This document shows positions 23,386 to 38,221 of a stretch of 64,000 nucleotides of DNA, one piece after another. Position numbers and translations under genes: made by a program. Within the stretch, counting starts at the first letter, position 1. Each line of letters opens with the position of its first letter. Origin of the DNA: Eledone cirrhosa (Eukaryota); contig OZ024743.1 of the NCBI GenBank assembly GCA_964016885.1, forward strand, positions 282,720,001-282,784,000. Reading direction: 5' to 3'. The notes under the pieces are model-generated. The model searched no databases and was not told where the DNA came from. It saw nothing but the letters and a program-made list of their open reading frames with translations.

Positions 23386-25221
23386 AATCACCACTGCTGA
23401 AGATACACATACCATACTTAAGCAACAAATCACAAGAAAAAAAACAACAGCTTTATTTTAGTTGAAAAAAATTAATGAGAAGACATCTGACCTTGAAGCC
23501 AAAGTAGTCAATACCAGCTACGGTAACAAAGAAATCAACTAAACACCACTTTCTAATCAACTAGAACAGCTGCACAATATCACAAACAGATATTGTTCAA
23601 GATGGCCTCAGATTTCAGCTTGATTGATATAAAAATCAATAAACAACATTCGATAAAATGACTTTCTCACGTACTAAACATTAAAGCACCATTGTCACAG
23701 CAGAGATTTCTATCCATCAATCAAGTGATCATGTCTGGTTATTCAAGTAGTTCTATCACAGATGTTAAATAGGGGATATTGATCTACTGTATACTAAACT
23801 AATTAAAGACATTGTATCTTTTTATCAATTCAGCCAAAACATAATCAAGTCATTGTTTTCAGTTTGAAATTACCAACAAAAAATATATATCTTTTACATC
23901 AGTGAATTATCTCAACAAAAAGCAATCTAATTGTATTTTGAAGAGAATACTATTTAAATTTTTAAATCAATTTTCTTTTTTAATAAAATTAATAATAACA
24001 ATTTATTTATTGGCCACAAGGGCCTACGTATAGGGATAATAATAATAATGATGAAGCAAAAATATTAGAAATTAAAAAGAAACTATTAAAAACAAAGAAA
24101 GAATAAGCTTTTTGTCTTAGTGATGCAACAATTAAATTTAGTTTTCAATTATGAAAGATCATGAGAAAATATTCTGTTCTAGGGGATAGCAACTGTTTGT
24201 GAAGATTCCCATTGATAAAGAAAGTAGCCTGACAACAGTAGGGTTAATGGTAACTTTCAAGGAAACAAAATTCTTCAGAAAATAGGCATCTTTTATTTAC
24301 ACACAGATTCAAAATGGCTTCTCAATTATTTCATTATTATCATTGTTATTATTGGCCCTTGTGGCCAATAAATGAAATTATTATTATTATCATTGTTTAT
24401 ATATCCACTGGCATTAGTTGGATGGGATTTTTTGAGGCAGTATTTTTAATTGGCTACCTTTCTTGATACCAACCCTTTCAAGTTGCCTCTTACGATCTGC
24501 TGGGATATAATGTATCTAAAAACCAAGATAAAACACAGATGGATAAAATAAAAGCCCTAAATTTAGAAGTTCAACTAACCCTAAGAAATTTTGAGATGAT
24601 CCACATTTTAAATTCACAGGTATATTGTATATTTTCACAACCAAACTAAAAGCAAGTAAATGAAATATATACATTACATGAGAGTTCGGTGCCTCAACCA
24701 GTAAGACTGTTTGTTTAGGAAATATTAGATAAATGAAAACTTCTCAGAAATTACAAACTAATCTTCCCTCATACATAATATAAAAGTTGTCTAAAAATTA
24801 AAAGGTAATGTAAGATTCACTAGCCTAGATTAGTTAAATCGTCCAAGCTGCTTTCTCCACATAATGCTTTGTTAATTGAAATACAGTATATTTCATTAGA
24901 AATATATCAAAAGGGGGTTATTATCTGGAAGATAAATTTCTACATGATTGAAACATTTTAAAAATATTTTATTCTTTTACTAAAACTTATCTTTACTGAA
25001 AGCAGTAACTAAATTTGGGCAGCAAATAAACATCTTTTTTGTTATTTATATTATTCTCTTGTTATTTATATTATTCTCTTATACTAAAAAGGTGCTGAAA
25101 CAAACAAACAATTCTTACACATTAATTTCTCTTGGAACTCTAATACTGTTATTTATAAACACAGAAAATAAACTAGGAATGTGAAACCTTCTAAAAGAAA
25201 CAGACAAAATAGTCAAAAATT

Positions 25222-25271
<50 letters not shown>

Positions 25272-27542
25272 TGGGTGTGGGTGTGGGTGTGTGTGTGTGT
25301 GTGTGTGCATGCACACACACACACATAAACATTAAGTATCAATAGCATCATTTAATGTCTATTTTTACATGCTGACATAGGTTGGACAAGTTTGAAGAAG
25401 AGTATATTGCCATTCTTCCAGAAAAGGAATTCTTTCCGTCTTCTCAAGTAACTAAAATGCTCTCATTTTTATCTCCTCATACAATACACTGTAGTTGATA
25501 ATTTGTAATTAAAAAAACATAGCATATGTTCTTTGATGGGAATCTAAACTAAAACATTCTGCAACTCTTCCTCTAAGTAACAAAGATATCCTGTTTAGTC
25601 ATTAGCTCAGATAACCATAAGCCTGTACCTGAAATTTGGTATATATTTTTTTAAAGGCCTAAAACTTAAGTTTTACCTAATCTTCTCAGTAAAAGTTGTT
25701 GAAAATTAAACAAACAAAATGTCTGCGTCAAAATTTAACTTGAAAAGTAAACTGAAAAATCATGACTGTATACCACTCATTTTCTATAAATAAACATATG
25801 TAGATATATAGATATATAAATGATAGAGATAAAAACTACATAAATGCATTCAACATTTATTCTTTTACTGAGATAGGTAGTCATTAGATGGTGGCCATGT
25901 TGGGACATTGCCTCAAAAGGTTTAGTTCATCATATAGACCCCAATACGTATTTTATCAGCCTCTTTTTGTTGAACCACAAAGTTACAGGACAAACAAACA
26001 TAGCCCCCACCCCTCACAAAACAGTGGTCAATTCAAGGCCAAAGTAGAAGTCACTTGCCTAAGGGGCCACACAATGAAAGTGAACTCGTTAACCACACAG
26101 TTATGCCTGCATTTTACTCATTTTCTCTTAGTAAAAACATTTACTGCAGATCACAAGTTGACTAACAAGTCAAACATCTAATAAGTAAGGAAAATCAAAG
26201 CAAAAAATAAAAATAAAATAAATAACAGTAAGTAATTATTTCTACTTGCTTGGGGAAATTAAAGAATTTGACATAGATAATTACAATATATATATAAAAT
26301 TTCATACCGACAGATTGGAAAGAGTAAAAATTAAAGGAATAGATCAAAGAGGGAGAGGGGAGGGCAGAGAGAGAAAGAAACAAAAAGGGTGTGAGGGGGG
26401 GGGGGGGGTGCAGAGAGAGGGAAAGAAACAAAAAGAGAGAAAGAGAAAGAATAAGTGATATAAAGAAAATAGAATTTTAGTGAATAATTCATATTTGATA
26501 ATAATAATGTTGGATAAAAGGAATATTCAATAAGTGGAAGAATTTTTTGAGTTCAGATTCACTAAAATGGCTAAGAAATATAATTAGGATTTTGGTATAA
26601 TCAGCCTTCAATTGCATCATTATGTTAATTCACTACTATAATTAACCTAATATAGTCCCCATGAGATCTAAAAATACGGAATCTGAACAATATTATGCTA
26701 ATATATATTTTTTTTTAATTATACTACATCTACACACGACATGTTCTTCTTCATCATTGTCTAAAAAAAAAGTATTCATTTAAATTTTATTCAAGAGCAA
26801 CTCTACTGGAATGAAGTCTGCAAAGGACTTACAAATTGAGATCTCAGTTCTACTTTGTTCATAGTTGGATTCTATTGTAATTTTCAGCCATCAATGGAAA
26901 TTCTCCACCCCATAGCTACATTACTTTTTTCCTCTTGTTTTGGAGGGGGGGGGGGGGCATTTTCCCAGCTTATGCATTTGATACACTTGATGGTCAAATA
27001 GATGGGAAAACAAACATTAAATGATGATGATTTCTAATGAATAAATAACATTACAGATTTTTTCAAATCATTTTGAAAATAATCAAGAATTTGAAAGGAT
27101 TCTGTAATATAATTAACTTTTGTGTTATTAAGTTGGTGTTTGGAATGTAACTTTAAGGTTCTTAGATAAAATTATAATGGAAGGTTTTTTTAGATAAATA
27201 TAAACACTTTAAAATAAGCAGTTTACTATCACAAAACCAGAGGCAGTTTGGAATCAAAAGGATTAAAGAACATTAAAAAAGTTTAACCTGAGAAGACAAA
27301 TACTGAGATGGCAGAGAAAACAGAAAATGGAAATCATGAAGTACCCCAATTGGATGAGATTTCCAATAGAAACAATGAGAGAGAGAGAGAGAACACACTT
27401 AGAAGTCAGGTAGGAAGCTGGTGCAGATGAACATGGCTTCTTTTACTGCCTGGAGTTTAAAGAATTCTTTTAAAATTGACATTCTTATTCTAATGGTCGA
27501 CTTAGTGGCATAGCATCAATCAATGACCTATAAAAACTGTGG

Positions 27543-27618
<76 letters not shown>

Positions 27619-30600
27619 TTTAAATATAATCTCACTAGAGATAATCAGAAAAAATAGCCAATTAAAGATTGACAACCTTTATGATCACACCAATGGTTCC
27701 TGTCAAATGTATAGAAAGAAAAAAAAATGATGATTCGAAAATACATAATCATAATTGAGATAAAGCTAATCATATTCACATAGTCTCAGTTTATCCTATA
27801 CTATGTATGTTTGTACTGATATGTATTTATGTTTCGGGTACCTAGGACACTTGACATTATAGAGATGAGACATGGTGATGGAATTGGAAATGAAATTCAA
27901 TTTATAGTCACAATTCTATAATAAAATTATTATCAAAGGTTATGAAAAAAATGTCCTGAAACAGATTTTTTTAAATCATAAAAATTTTAGGATTTCACCC
28001 AAAATTGGCTCAAGTTCTATGAAACAAAAAAAAAAAACAATTTAAAGGGTCCTATTTAAATTAAAATCTAAAATAATTTTATATAAAAACAATGTTACTA
28101 AATCCCTCATAATTCTTCATTAATTAATAGAAATAGAGGGTATTTCATTAGAAACATGGTCATGAAAGGATTAAGATAAGTATATTATATAAGATCTTAG
28201 CCAAAAATTAACAGTTTTTTCTTTCTTTATTAGAAATGAAAACATGCTAGTGTTGACAAATTTTGTGCCAAATGAAAAATACAACAATTTCTCTAAACAT
28301 TAAAATACTAGAAGAAATCTGTGGAAGAAATACCATACATTTCAGAACAAAATTTGTTTTATTTGGGAATGGAGCAGAGGGGTAAACTAGATTAGAAAAT
28401 GCTATTTAATCTCTTTGGATTATAGAACAAATTAGCTTTATAAACACAAAAGAATCCAAAAGGGATAATAATCCTCTGCCAGCTCTAGTATAAACATTTT
28501 GTTTGGTTTCCATCACTTCACACACACAATGCATTTAAACAAGAAATGAGAGAGTGGGTGAGAGAGAATGGTGGACATTCATATTATTAGAAGACAGATG
28601 TATATTAAGAGACTAGGCCAGTGAGCCATATTTTGAAGAGGTTACACAAATGACATCTTCACTGACTAATTTACAAAATAATCTAATTTTGTTTTGTTGC
28701 TAGAGACAAATGGCTTCACAAACTGCCTCTATTCCATTCAGAAAAGAAAATTCAAAAATATACTGAAATAGAAGTTATGTCTTGTGAACAAATGTTTCAT
28801 TGTTAATGTGATGATGATGATGATGATAATGATGATGATAATAATGATGATGATAATGATGATAATAATGATGATTATGTAGGCCGTTTGAAATTATCTA
28901 GAATATTTTTTTTTCTACTTGAACAAAAAGCAATTTTAGTATTAACGAGAATGTTCTTATTCCTGGAGTAAATTCTCAAGCAAACATAAGTTATGTTATA
29001 CTCTTATCAAAGACCATCAGGCTATAAATATACAACCAAACCAGCATGTTGACTGAAATAAGAAAACTAATATTTATTTTATGCAAATTGGAGAGCTATA
29101 CCCTAATTTGGAAGATAGGGAAAAATTTAACACTTCAGTTTATATTCCAGCAGCAGTAACAACTGATGATGATGATGATGATAATGTTTTCCAGCATAAT
29201 AATAACTTGTTTTGACTAGACACAAGAATAAATTTATAGGAAAATAACAACCAAATAGAACAAACTCCTTTTACTGGTATCTATTTTATCTATCATGGTG
29301 GGATGAAATTAAAAAGAAAAGAAAAAAATCAACAGAATTCATTATCATAGAATATTCCAGCTCTTTACATTTTGAGTTCAAATCCCTTCAGGATTCTATA
29401 AAATAAGGTGCCATTCAAGAACTGGGGTTGATATAATCAACTGACATTTCCCCCAAAATTGTAGTCTTTTGCCATTAACATCCTCTATAATAATTATTAT
29501 TATTATATATTTTAACAATAATTATAATATGTTTTAATTCCAGAAATACAGTGATGCAGGCATGGCCATATGGTTAAGAGGTTCACTTTGCAACTTCATG
29601 GTTCAAGAATTAAATCTTGAGCAAGTGCTGTCTACTAATGCCTTGAGTGTATTCAATAAACAAATACTCCAAAAGTCCATTATATGTGAGTGTGAGAGTG
29701 TGTGAGAGCATGTAGAAAACCTGCCAGAAATAGATCTCATCTAACCCATGCAAGCATGGAAAAATTGATATAGTAATTATGATACATATATGTGTGTGTC
29801 TCATCCTCATCATTTTGCATCCGTTGTTCCATGCTTACATAGGTCCTTCTCAGTATCTTTCCACTTGTCGCACCCCTTTGTCATCTCCACCATGAGCTTC
29901 AGCGATCCGAGATCAGCTCTCACCACTTCCATCCAGGTCTTCCTCTACTATATATATATATGCGCGCGTGCGTATGTATGCGTATCTTTCACCGATGTAG
30001 ACTGGCAAGCAAGTGATGTGAACATCTATGAGAGGAGTGATAAATCAGTGCTTTCAAACAAAAATACAAAGTAGCATTTTTTGTATGTAAGTTGCACAAG
30101 CATTTCCTAGTTACTCTCACAGTCAGAAATGCAGTGAACCAATGATAGATCCATTGGAAACCTGTAAGCACTGCTTCTACAGTTCACAAAATACAATATA
30201 AAATTTAACTTATAAACAGACAAGAGCCAAAAGCAAACCTTCAATAAATTCGTTTTCACATGTTAGCACAAGTGACCTGGTTTTGGAAATGTCGAATCCT
30301 GCACAAATTATTGCAGCAATTGAATATCTTCATGTATATATTATTTTTTTTGTTTTTACACCATTATCAACCAGTCAATTGTGAAGTTGAAGTAATATCT
30401 TCATACCATCTTTTAGCTATGTTGACTAAAGCAAGTAATGTAACTTGCCTAAGGATAGAGTAAAATTCAACCCAACCCTTTGCCAATCTGTTAACACGAA
30501 TGAGGTGTTTCTGGAAAATTTAAGCATTGGTTTCAATCACTGTAATTTCTAATGCCAAACAAGTCAACTGTTAAATCAGAATGATGTCTATTTCCAGTAA

Positions 30601-30815
30601 AGATGTGGAGTAATGTGTCTTGCTTAAGGGAACAATGTAGTGGTTATAAATTTCAACTAATGACCTTTCAGCACAAACATATTCATCAATTCATTTAAAT
30701 GGAAATGTGCTGCAATTCATTGCCGCCCTGAAATTTTTCAATTTTGAAAAGAAAGAAAAAAATTACACACACACACACGTCCACCTTTAGTAGCAGAGAA
30801 AATAGATGTTAAATG

Positions 30816-30857
<42 letters not shown>

Positions 30858-31120
30858 GAGAAATTTTGTTGCATGGATTGCTACTATAGAAATAAATTTT
30901 TCACAAGTGTATTCCCTGAAAAATTAGCAGGAAACCATTATAGCAATTTATAACCTGAAGCATCATGAAGTTTGTAAACTAATAAATAACTATTGGTAAA
31001 TTAGGGTTAATATAAATAATTCATGAGGCATTCAAAGGCTAACAAGAAGCATAGAGAGAGAAAGGAACAATTTTTGTGAATGACTAATATTTTTTTATCC
31101 AGCAAAAACATGAAGATAAA

Positions 31121-31160
31121 TCCAGACAAGTTTCAGTCTTATTCTGATCTCATCAATGAA
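31121..31160 (-). other. Decayed minimal hammerhead-like motif
   Basis: The minus strand reads TTCA TTGATGA GATC AGAATAA GACT GAAA CTTG TC TGGA. It has one core substitution, an imperfect stem II, a GUC triplet and a 4-bp stem I. Confidence 0.4.
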
Positions 31161-32157
31161 GCCTAGCCTTCACCTAAGAGGTGATGAATGAGTACACAGA
31201 GTAAATATAAATATAACTTTATACATTTCTTTATGTACAAAAATAGAATTTTTTTGTAATTAAATAAACCTCCTCCTAATGAAAAACAATTGGTACGTTA
31301 GACTGCAAGCATCACCTTCTAGGATTTAGTCAACTACACCAAATCTTACCACCCATACTTATTGTATTGACTACAGAAGGATGAAAGTAAAATGAATACG
31401 GATAGGATTTGAACTCTCAACATAAAAAAGTAAACAAATAAAGATTTTCTCAAACATTCTACTGATTTTGCCATACATCCACCATTATACATACATACAG
31501 CATATACACACACAATTATTTCACACAAAGAACTCTCAAAAAGTACAATTAAACTAAAACAAACTCATATCCAAGTAGCCATGATGGTATGAGTTGAATG
31601 GGACATTTTGGGGGTCCATGTTTTATGGCCAGATATCCTTCCTGGTGCCACATGCAAGGATATGGTGTATAACAAACACATGTCAACCAAATTCTACTTA
31701 CTTAGATTAACCCCAATATATTTTATTGGCACGAAATAATGTAAAGGCAAAATTTACTCCAGCAAGATTTTGTCTCAGAACAAAGACTAACTAACACTTC
31801 ACCATTTCTACCTTTCCAATAACTTTTATTTAAAAAGATCATGTTTACTTGAAAGGATGTATCTGTTGTAAAGTAACGAAACTCATATAAAATTTTACAT
31901 TTGGGATTTTACGATTTATTTCTCATCATAATTTCCTTATCTACTCATTTTTGTGCAACAACAGTGATATCACTCGCAGCCATTTTTATCAAGTATTTTG
32001 AACAGCTGTGAGCAATGAGCTAAAAATAAACTGGAGGGAGGTTAGCTGATGTATTTGTTACAAAGACACATTAGCAAAAGAAACTATAAAATGAATAAAA
32101 TAAATAAAAACCTAGAAGCAGATAGACATTATTAAATGTAAAATGTCAAGAACATAA

Positions 32158-32159
<2 letters not shown>

Positions 32160-32209
<50 letters not shown>

Positions 32210-32362
32210 TGTGGTGTGGTGTGGTGTGGTGTGGTGTGGTGTGGTGTGGTGTGGTGTGGTGTGGTGTGGTGTGGTGTGGTGTGGTGTGGTGTGGTGTGGT
32301 GTGGTGTGGTGTGGTGTGGTGTGGTGTGGTGTGGTGTGGTGTGGTGTGGTGTGGTGTGGTGT

Positions 32363-32407
<45 letters not shown>

Positions 32408-32432
32408 GTGCGCGCATATATATATATATATA
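32160..32432. repeat. Compound microsatellite (GT)n-(GGTGT)n-(GT)n-(TA)n
   Basis: Directly visible. It produces six spurious ORFs. Confidence 0.97.
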
Positions 32433-32764
32433 TGAGAGGGGGCAAATACCAAAAGCTGAGAAATAGAACATTTGCCATCTGTGTGGTAAACAAAAGCTAA
32501 TATAGTCTGCTAGTTATTGTCAAACCCTATGAGTTTTATTTTATTTTTGTAGTGTTGTTTCATTGCAAATTTGAATAAGAGATAAACATTTCACAGAAGA
32601 AAGTCTATATTTCATCCATGGGTTAGGATGCCCTTGCTCATTGACACCACACATTCAATTACTAACTGAGAAGAAAACAAGACATTCTTACAAAGTAGAC
32701 AGAAAGTAAAACAATCTAAAATTTGAAGAAACTACTGAGGGTCTGCATCAGTGAAAAGAAAAAA

Positions 32765-32980
32765 ATAATTGTTTCTACATTTGACACAAGGCAATTTAAA
32801 AGGAAGCGGAAAGTTGATTAAATTGACCCTAGTGCATTATTGGTACTTTATTTTATGAACCCCGTAAGGATGAAAGGCAAAGCTATCCTCAGTGGGATTT
32901 GAATTCAGAACAAAGGGCATAACTATATGCTTCCAAGCAGGTTGCCCAATGCTCTACCAATTCTGCCAATCCACATCCCT
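32765..32980 (-). mobile_element. tRNA-derived SINE (family A)
   Basis: Homologous to 40934-41120. Confidence 0.8.
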
Positions 32981-33940
32981 AAAAAATAAAATAAGATAAC
33001 TTCATGTGGCACAAGGAGAGGAGATGAGAGCTCTATGTGAGAAACGTCAAAGCTTATATCTGATCATGGAACAAGAGCTCATTTTACAAATCTTAATACA
33101 AATCCAGACATATGCATCATCATTTTAATAAGGCTTCAACAGATCCCATTATGAATAAAAATGACATTTACAGCTATATAGGTTTAGCTGCATCTTATAG
33201 GAGGTTTCTTGGATATTTTACTGATTGGCACTACATTCCTATCGTGAACAAAAATGTGAAATGAAGCATTAGCTTTGACTGAGCATACCTATGATCAAAG
33301 GCATGGGAATCCTGTCTTTTTGTATATCAAGAACTATATTATCTAATGCATCTCTTATATTTAACCTTTTCATTACCATATTTCTAATGCCTATGATTTT
33401 CAAATAATGAAAAATTTGAATATAGTAATATAACTAATCTCATTATAAAATTGGCATTTGGAACATAACTTGAAGTTTCTTACATAAAAATTAACAGGAA
33501 GGTTTTTAAATATTAACATTTTGAAACAAACTGCTTTGTATCAGAGAAACGGGGTTGGTTTTAGGCAATTTGGTCTCAAAATGGATAAATTGTTAGGGTG
33601 TGTAATTTGAGGGAAATTTATCTGTTAATTATAGCAATTTGAGCCAAATTTATAGACTCATCCTTGTTAGTTTAACTCCTAGTTAGCAGTTCTATACTTA
33701 CTATTCATTTTCTGTAGCATTGTACCAATAGAAAACAAATATTTTGAAATTTGTCTTCCTTTCAATTGAACATTGGTCATTTTAATATTTTTGTGGTGTA
33801 AAGAAAGTTAAGTTCAAAGTTCTTCAAAGTTTCTCACTGATTTTTCAGTTTCAATTTCTAACAAGAAAAAAAAATTGAGACCTGCAATATGTTTTAAACA
33901 AATTCTCTGAATGTGGATGATCTGAGTGATAAAGCAGCAA

Positions 33941-33972
<32 letters not shown>

Positions 33973-34181
33973 ATCCTTATCATCATCACCGTTTTACGTC
34001 CATTCTTCCACGCTAGCATGGGTTAGACGGGTTGTCCTGTTGTGGGCAGTGCCAGGTTGGGTGACTTTGTCTTGCTCATATGGGAACTGATTTTGGCTTG
34101 ATTTCAACAGCTGGATGCCCTTCCTAACACCAACCTTATTTACAGTGAGTACTGGGTGCTTTATTAGTGTGGCACCTACAT

Positions 34182-34216
<35 letters not shown>

Positions 34217-34220
<4 letters not shown>

Positions 34221-37200
34221 TCATCTTCGTTTAACGTCCATTTTCCACGCTAGCATGGGTTAGACGGGAGTTGTCCCACTTGAGGCAAGGCTGGTTGGGT
34301 GACCATGTCTCGCTCATATAGGACTATCTGGCAGGCTGCCCTTCCTATCACCAACCACATTTACAGTGTGGAACTGGGAACTTTTTACCGTGTTACCTAC
34401 ACGGCCACATTACAGCGTGGACTGTGTGTGTTTGTTGTCGGGACACCTACACGATCTCATTTTCTCGTGCTGTTGGTGGGAGTGGGACGATAGGGTAAGG
34501 GTAGTGGATTGGGGTGTATATTTAGTTAAGAGGTGCCTACTGACTGTAGGTTTCGCTTTGTACATAGGCAAGGCGGGTCTTCTGTATTACTGCGTAGCGC
34601 CAAAGATCTCGGTCCAGAGACATTGTCTTAGAGAATGTAAGTGTGTGAGGTCGGAATTTATCAGATCATCCCAGGTTTTTCTGGGTCTACCTACTCCGTA
34701 ACTACCATCAATTTTGATCGGCCTGCACTTTTTTATGCAGCTGTCGTCTTTCATGCGCATCACGTGACCATACCAACGTAGGCTTCTCTCAAGTAAACAG
34801 CATCTGATCCCTCTTATTCCTAATTTCTCACTTAGTTCATTTATGCTTTGCCGTTCACGTATATTACTATTACACATCCAACGAAGCATGCATGCTTTGT
34901 TCCTTTCCAGTCTACGCAGGTCCTCTGCACGTAATGCCCATGTCTCACTGCCATGTAGCATTGTTGTTCATATACAGGCATCATACAATCTACCTTTCAT
35001 TTTTAGAGAGAAACCTTTTGTGGCCAACAGCGGTGTAAGCTCTCTGAACTTTTTCCATCCCGTTCTGACTCTGGCTACTGTACTTTCAGAACACCCTCCA
35101 CCACTGCTGATTTCATCACCCAGGTAACGGAAAGTGTCTACTATTTCTATAGAACCATCTGGGCAATAGAAGGAGCTAGTATCCTTTGGACACTTGCTAC
35201 TTATTGCACCTGAGCATTGGCCACATATAAATTCTACGTTCTTAGATAGTTTACCTGTGATCCCACTAGATCTTTTATGTACCCATACTTTGCATTTGGG
35301 ACATAAAATGGAATTTCTGCCTACTCCTTTCCTACACACTGAGCATGGCCATTTCCCTGAGGGCACCTGCGCCCTATTTTCGTTTCTACAAACTAGGACT
35401 TTAGTCTTAGACAAGTTAACTTTAAGGCCTTTTGATTCTAGACCATGCTTCCATGTTTTGAATTTCTTCTCTAGTTCAGCCATTGATTCAGCTATGAGCG
35501 TTAGATCATCTGCGTATAGGAGTTCCCATGGGCAGCCGGTCTTGAACTCCTGTGTTATAGCCTGAAGGGCAATAATAAATAGTAGGGGGCTAAGGACAGA
35601 GCCTTGATGAACGCCAACTTTTATACTAAATTCTTCACAATATTCATTGTTAATTCTAACCTTACTGACTGTTTCATTATACATAGCTTGTATAGCTCTC
35701 ACAAGCCATTCATCTGCACCTAGTTTTCTAAGAGCCCACCAGATAATGGAGCAGGGGACTGTCAAAAGCTTTCTCCAGGTCTACAAAAGCTAAGTAGAGG
35801 GGTTTACTTTTAGCTAGGTACTTCTCTTGTAGTTGTCGTACAAGGAAAAGAGCGTCTGTGGTACTTTTACTTGACACAAACCCAAACTGCATTTCATCTA
35901 GATCAATTCGCTCTCTGATTAGTTGTGCTATAACTCTTTCTGTGACCTTCATGACCTGGTCAACTAACTTAATGCCCCTATAGTTTCCCTTATCTAGAGC
36001 ATCCCCTTTACCCTTGTAGCAGTTGATGATGATGCTGCTACGCCAGTCTTTCGGTATGACCCCATTCTGTATTACTTGGTTAACTATACGGGTGACCATA
36101 GTGTCCCACCATACCAGATGCCTTCAACATCTCAGCAACTATCTCCGAAGGCCCAGCTGCCTTGCCTGTCTTCATATCCTTGATTGCCTTACTTATTATA
36201 CTACCTTTAACTTGCACCGCTGGTCCTTCTATTTGATCGATTTGGGGCAGACTATCTTTTTCCCATTTATTCTCCTCATTTAATAGTCTCTCGTAGTGAC
36301 ACTTCCAGGCTATCTTCTTATCAGTATCAGTGAGCGCAAGTACACCATTATCATTACGAACACACTTCTCCCCGACAATATCACGGTTTTCCTTGACACA
36401 TTGTCTAGCAATCCTGAACACCTCACGTTTTTGGTCCTCATGTTGTAGAACATGCTTGAACTTTTTGCAAGGTACACTTGTCTCCTAGCTTCTCTCCTGG
36501 CCACTTGATAGTGCTCTCTACTTTTCCCATCCTGCCATACTTTCCAAGCCTGCTTTTAGGCCTTGATTGTCTCTTCTACCTTACTGTTCCACCACCAAGT
36601 TACTCTCCTCCTGCCAATAGGTCTGCTCCAGCCACAGATTTCATCCGTTGCTTTCAGCAGGTTCACTTTCAAGAATTGCCATTGTTCCTCTATATTGCAC
36701 GTCTCTAATTGCTCTTCCTTATTGTCAAAGGCATCAAGTAATAAGCTTTTAAATTTGTCACTGGCTATGGGGTCCTTCAACTTCCATATTCTTCTCAAGG
36801 TAGGCTTCCTCTGTCGTCGAGTACGTCTATTCCTGACTATGAGGTCACTAACTACTAGGCTATGTTGGGAGGTGCATTCTTCACGGGGGAGGGATTTAGT
36901 GTTTACAACAGTCATTTTGTCCCGTCTTCTAGTAAGGATATAATCTATCTGGCTGGCGTGTTCCCCTGAGCTATAGGTGATCAAGTGGTTTTCATGTTTT
37001 TTGAAGTTTGTGTTACAGATAGTTAGGCTATTTGCGTCACAGAATTCCAGGATTCTGAAGCCCTCCTCATTTCTATTTCCAACCCCATAGCCTCCATGGA
37101 TTCCATCATAGCCATCACTATGTTGTCCAACGTGACGTTTAGATCGCCAGCAATAATTAAGTAGTCACTGTCGGTTATTTGGGAGGTAGTGTGCATTAGC

Positions 37201-37771
37201 ATCTCATAGAACCTGTCCTTTATAACATCAGGTAGACCAGATTGGGGTGCATAAGCAGATATTATTGTCACAGTAGTTCTATTTAGAACTAGTCTTAATT
37301 CAATTATTCTGTCATTCACTCTATTTACGTCAATTACCTTATCTACCCATTTTTCAGCTAACATAATTCCTACACCACCCTGCCCGTTGTCATTTCCCAC
37401 CCAGAAAAGTTTATAGCATCGTTTTTTACCCACGATGAATCTGGCAGACGCCCCTTTCCACCTAGTCTCTTGAATACAACAAACATCAACTTCTTTACGT
37501 TCAAGCATTTCTACAACCTCATTTGAGCGACCTTTCAATGTGCCTACATTCATGGTACCAACTCTGAAGTGAGGAAAGTGGGATGGATGGGTTGGAAGGG
37601 CAGGGAGGGGTGTGGGAGATGGGATTTTGTTGGTCATCTGTGTCTGAAATAAAGAGGGGTCCTTGTATTCTCGTCTTGCAGCGGGAGGTGAATTTATCTT
37701 TATCTGTGACATTGTCATTGAGTGCTTAGACTTTTCAAATTTCCACAGTCAACCCATCAAACAGGTCTAAA

Positions 37772-37774
<3 letters not shown>
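34217..37774 (-). mobile_element. Near full-length RTE-clade LINE, frameshifted: APE endonuclease, reverse transcriptase and a Cys-rich PHD-like finger
   Basis: Endonuclease motifs GTMNVGTL, DVCCIQETRW, ISAYAPQ, IAGDLN and SQIDYIL (37718-36556). RT motifs NYRGIKL, QFGF, FVDLEKAFD, GVHQGSVLSPLLF and LLYADD (36099-34968). C-terminal WYGHVMRM/GRPRKTW. (GAT)n tail. Several frameshifts; embedded in (TA)n. Confidence 0.95.
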
Positions 37775-37810
<36 letters not shown>

Positions 37811-38221
37811 CCAGGAATAAACAGAATCAGTGTTTCTTATCTCTCAGTTACTTAATACCACATGAAATTAGGTTAAGCTCTGTTCAGGTGAACTAACTTT
37901 TATCCAAGATCCATAGAATTTCAAAAACTTCTTAATCATACAACCATGCCTGAAACCCCCAAAAAATTATAACTATGAAAGAATACAAACTATGAAAGGG
38001 ATTGTAACCCCACTATGGGTACGCACATAGTTGATTATGGATAACAGAGTGATGAATAGTATTCAATGTGCTAAGAATAGATAATACCCTATGTGCATCT
38101 CTTTTTAGAATAGGTACACTGTATCCCCACATGGCATAAGGTGAGTAAAAGGGCATTCAGTTGTAAAACTGTCACAAAAAGTTCTATCCAACCCATGCCA
38201 GCACTCAAAAGCAAACATAAA

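Noticed and set aside
23124-23465. His/Cys-, Ile/Val- and Met/Thr-rich ORFs
   Set aside because: They are translations of a degenerate trinucleotide repeat, open in several frames, with no domain or splice support.
32112-32500. Six overlapping ORFs (HHTTP / VVWCG repeats)
   Set aside because: Artefacts of the (GT)n/(GGTGT)n microsatellite.
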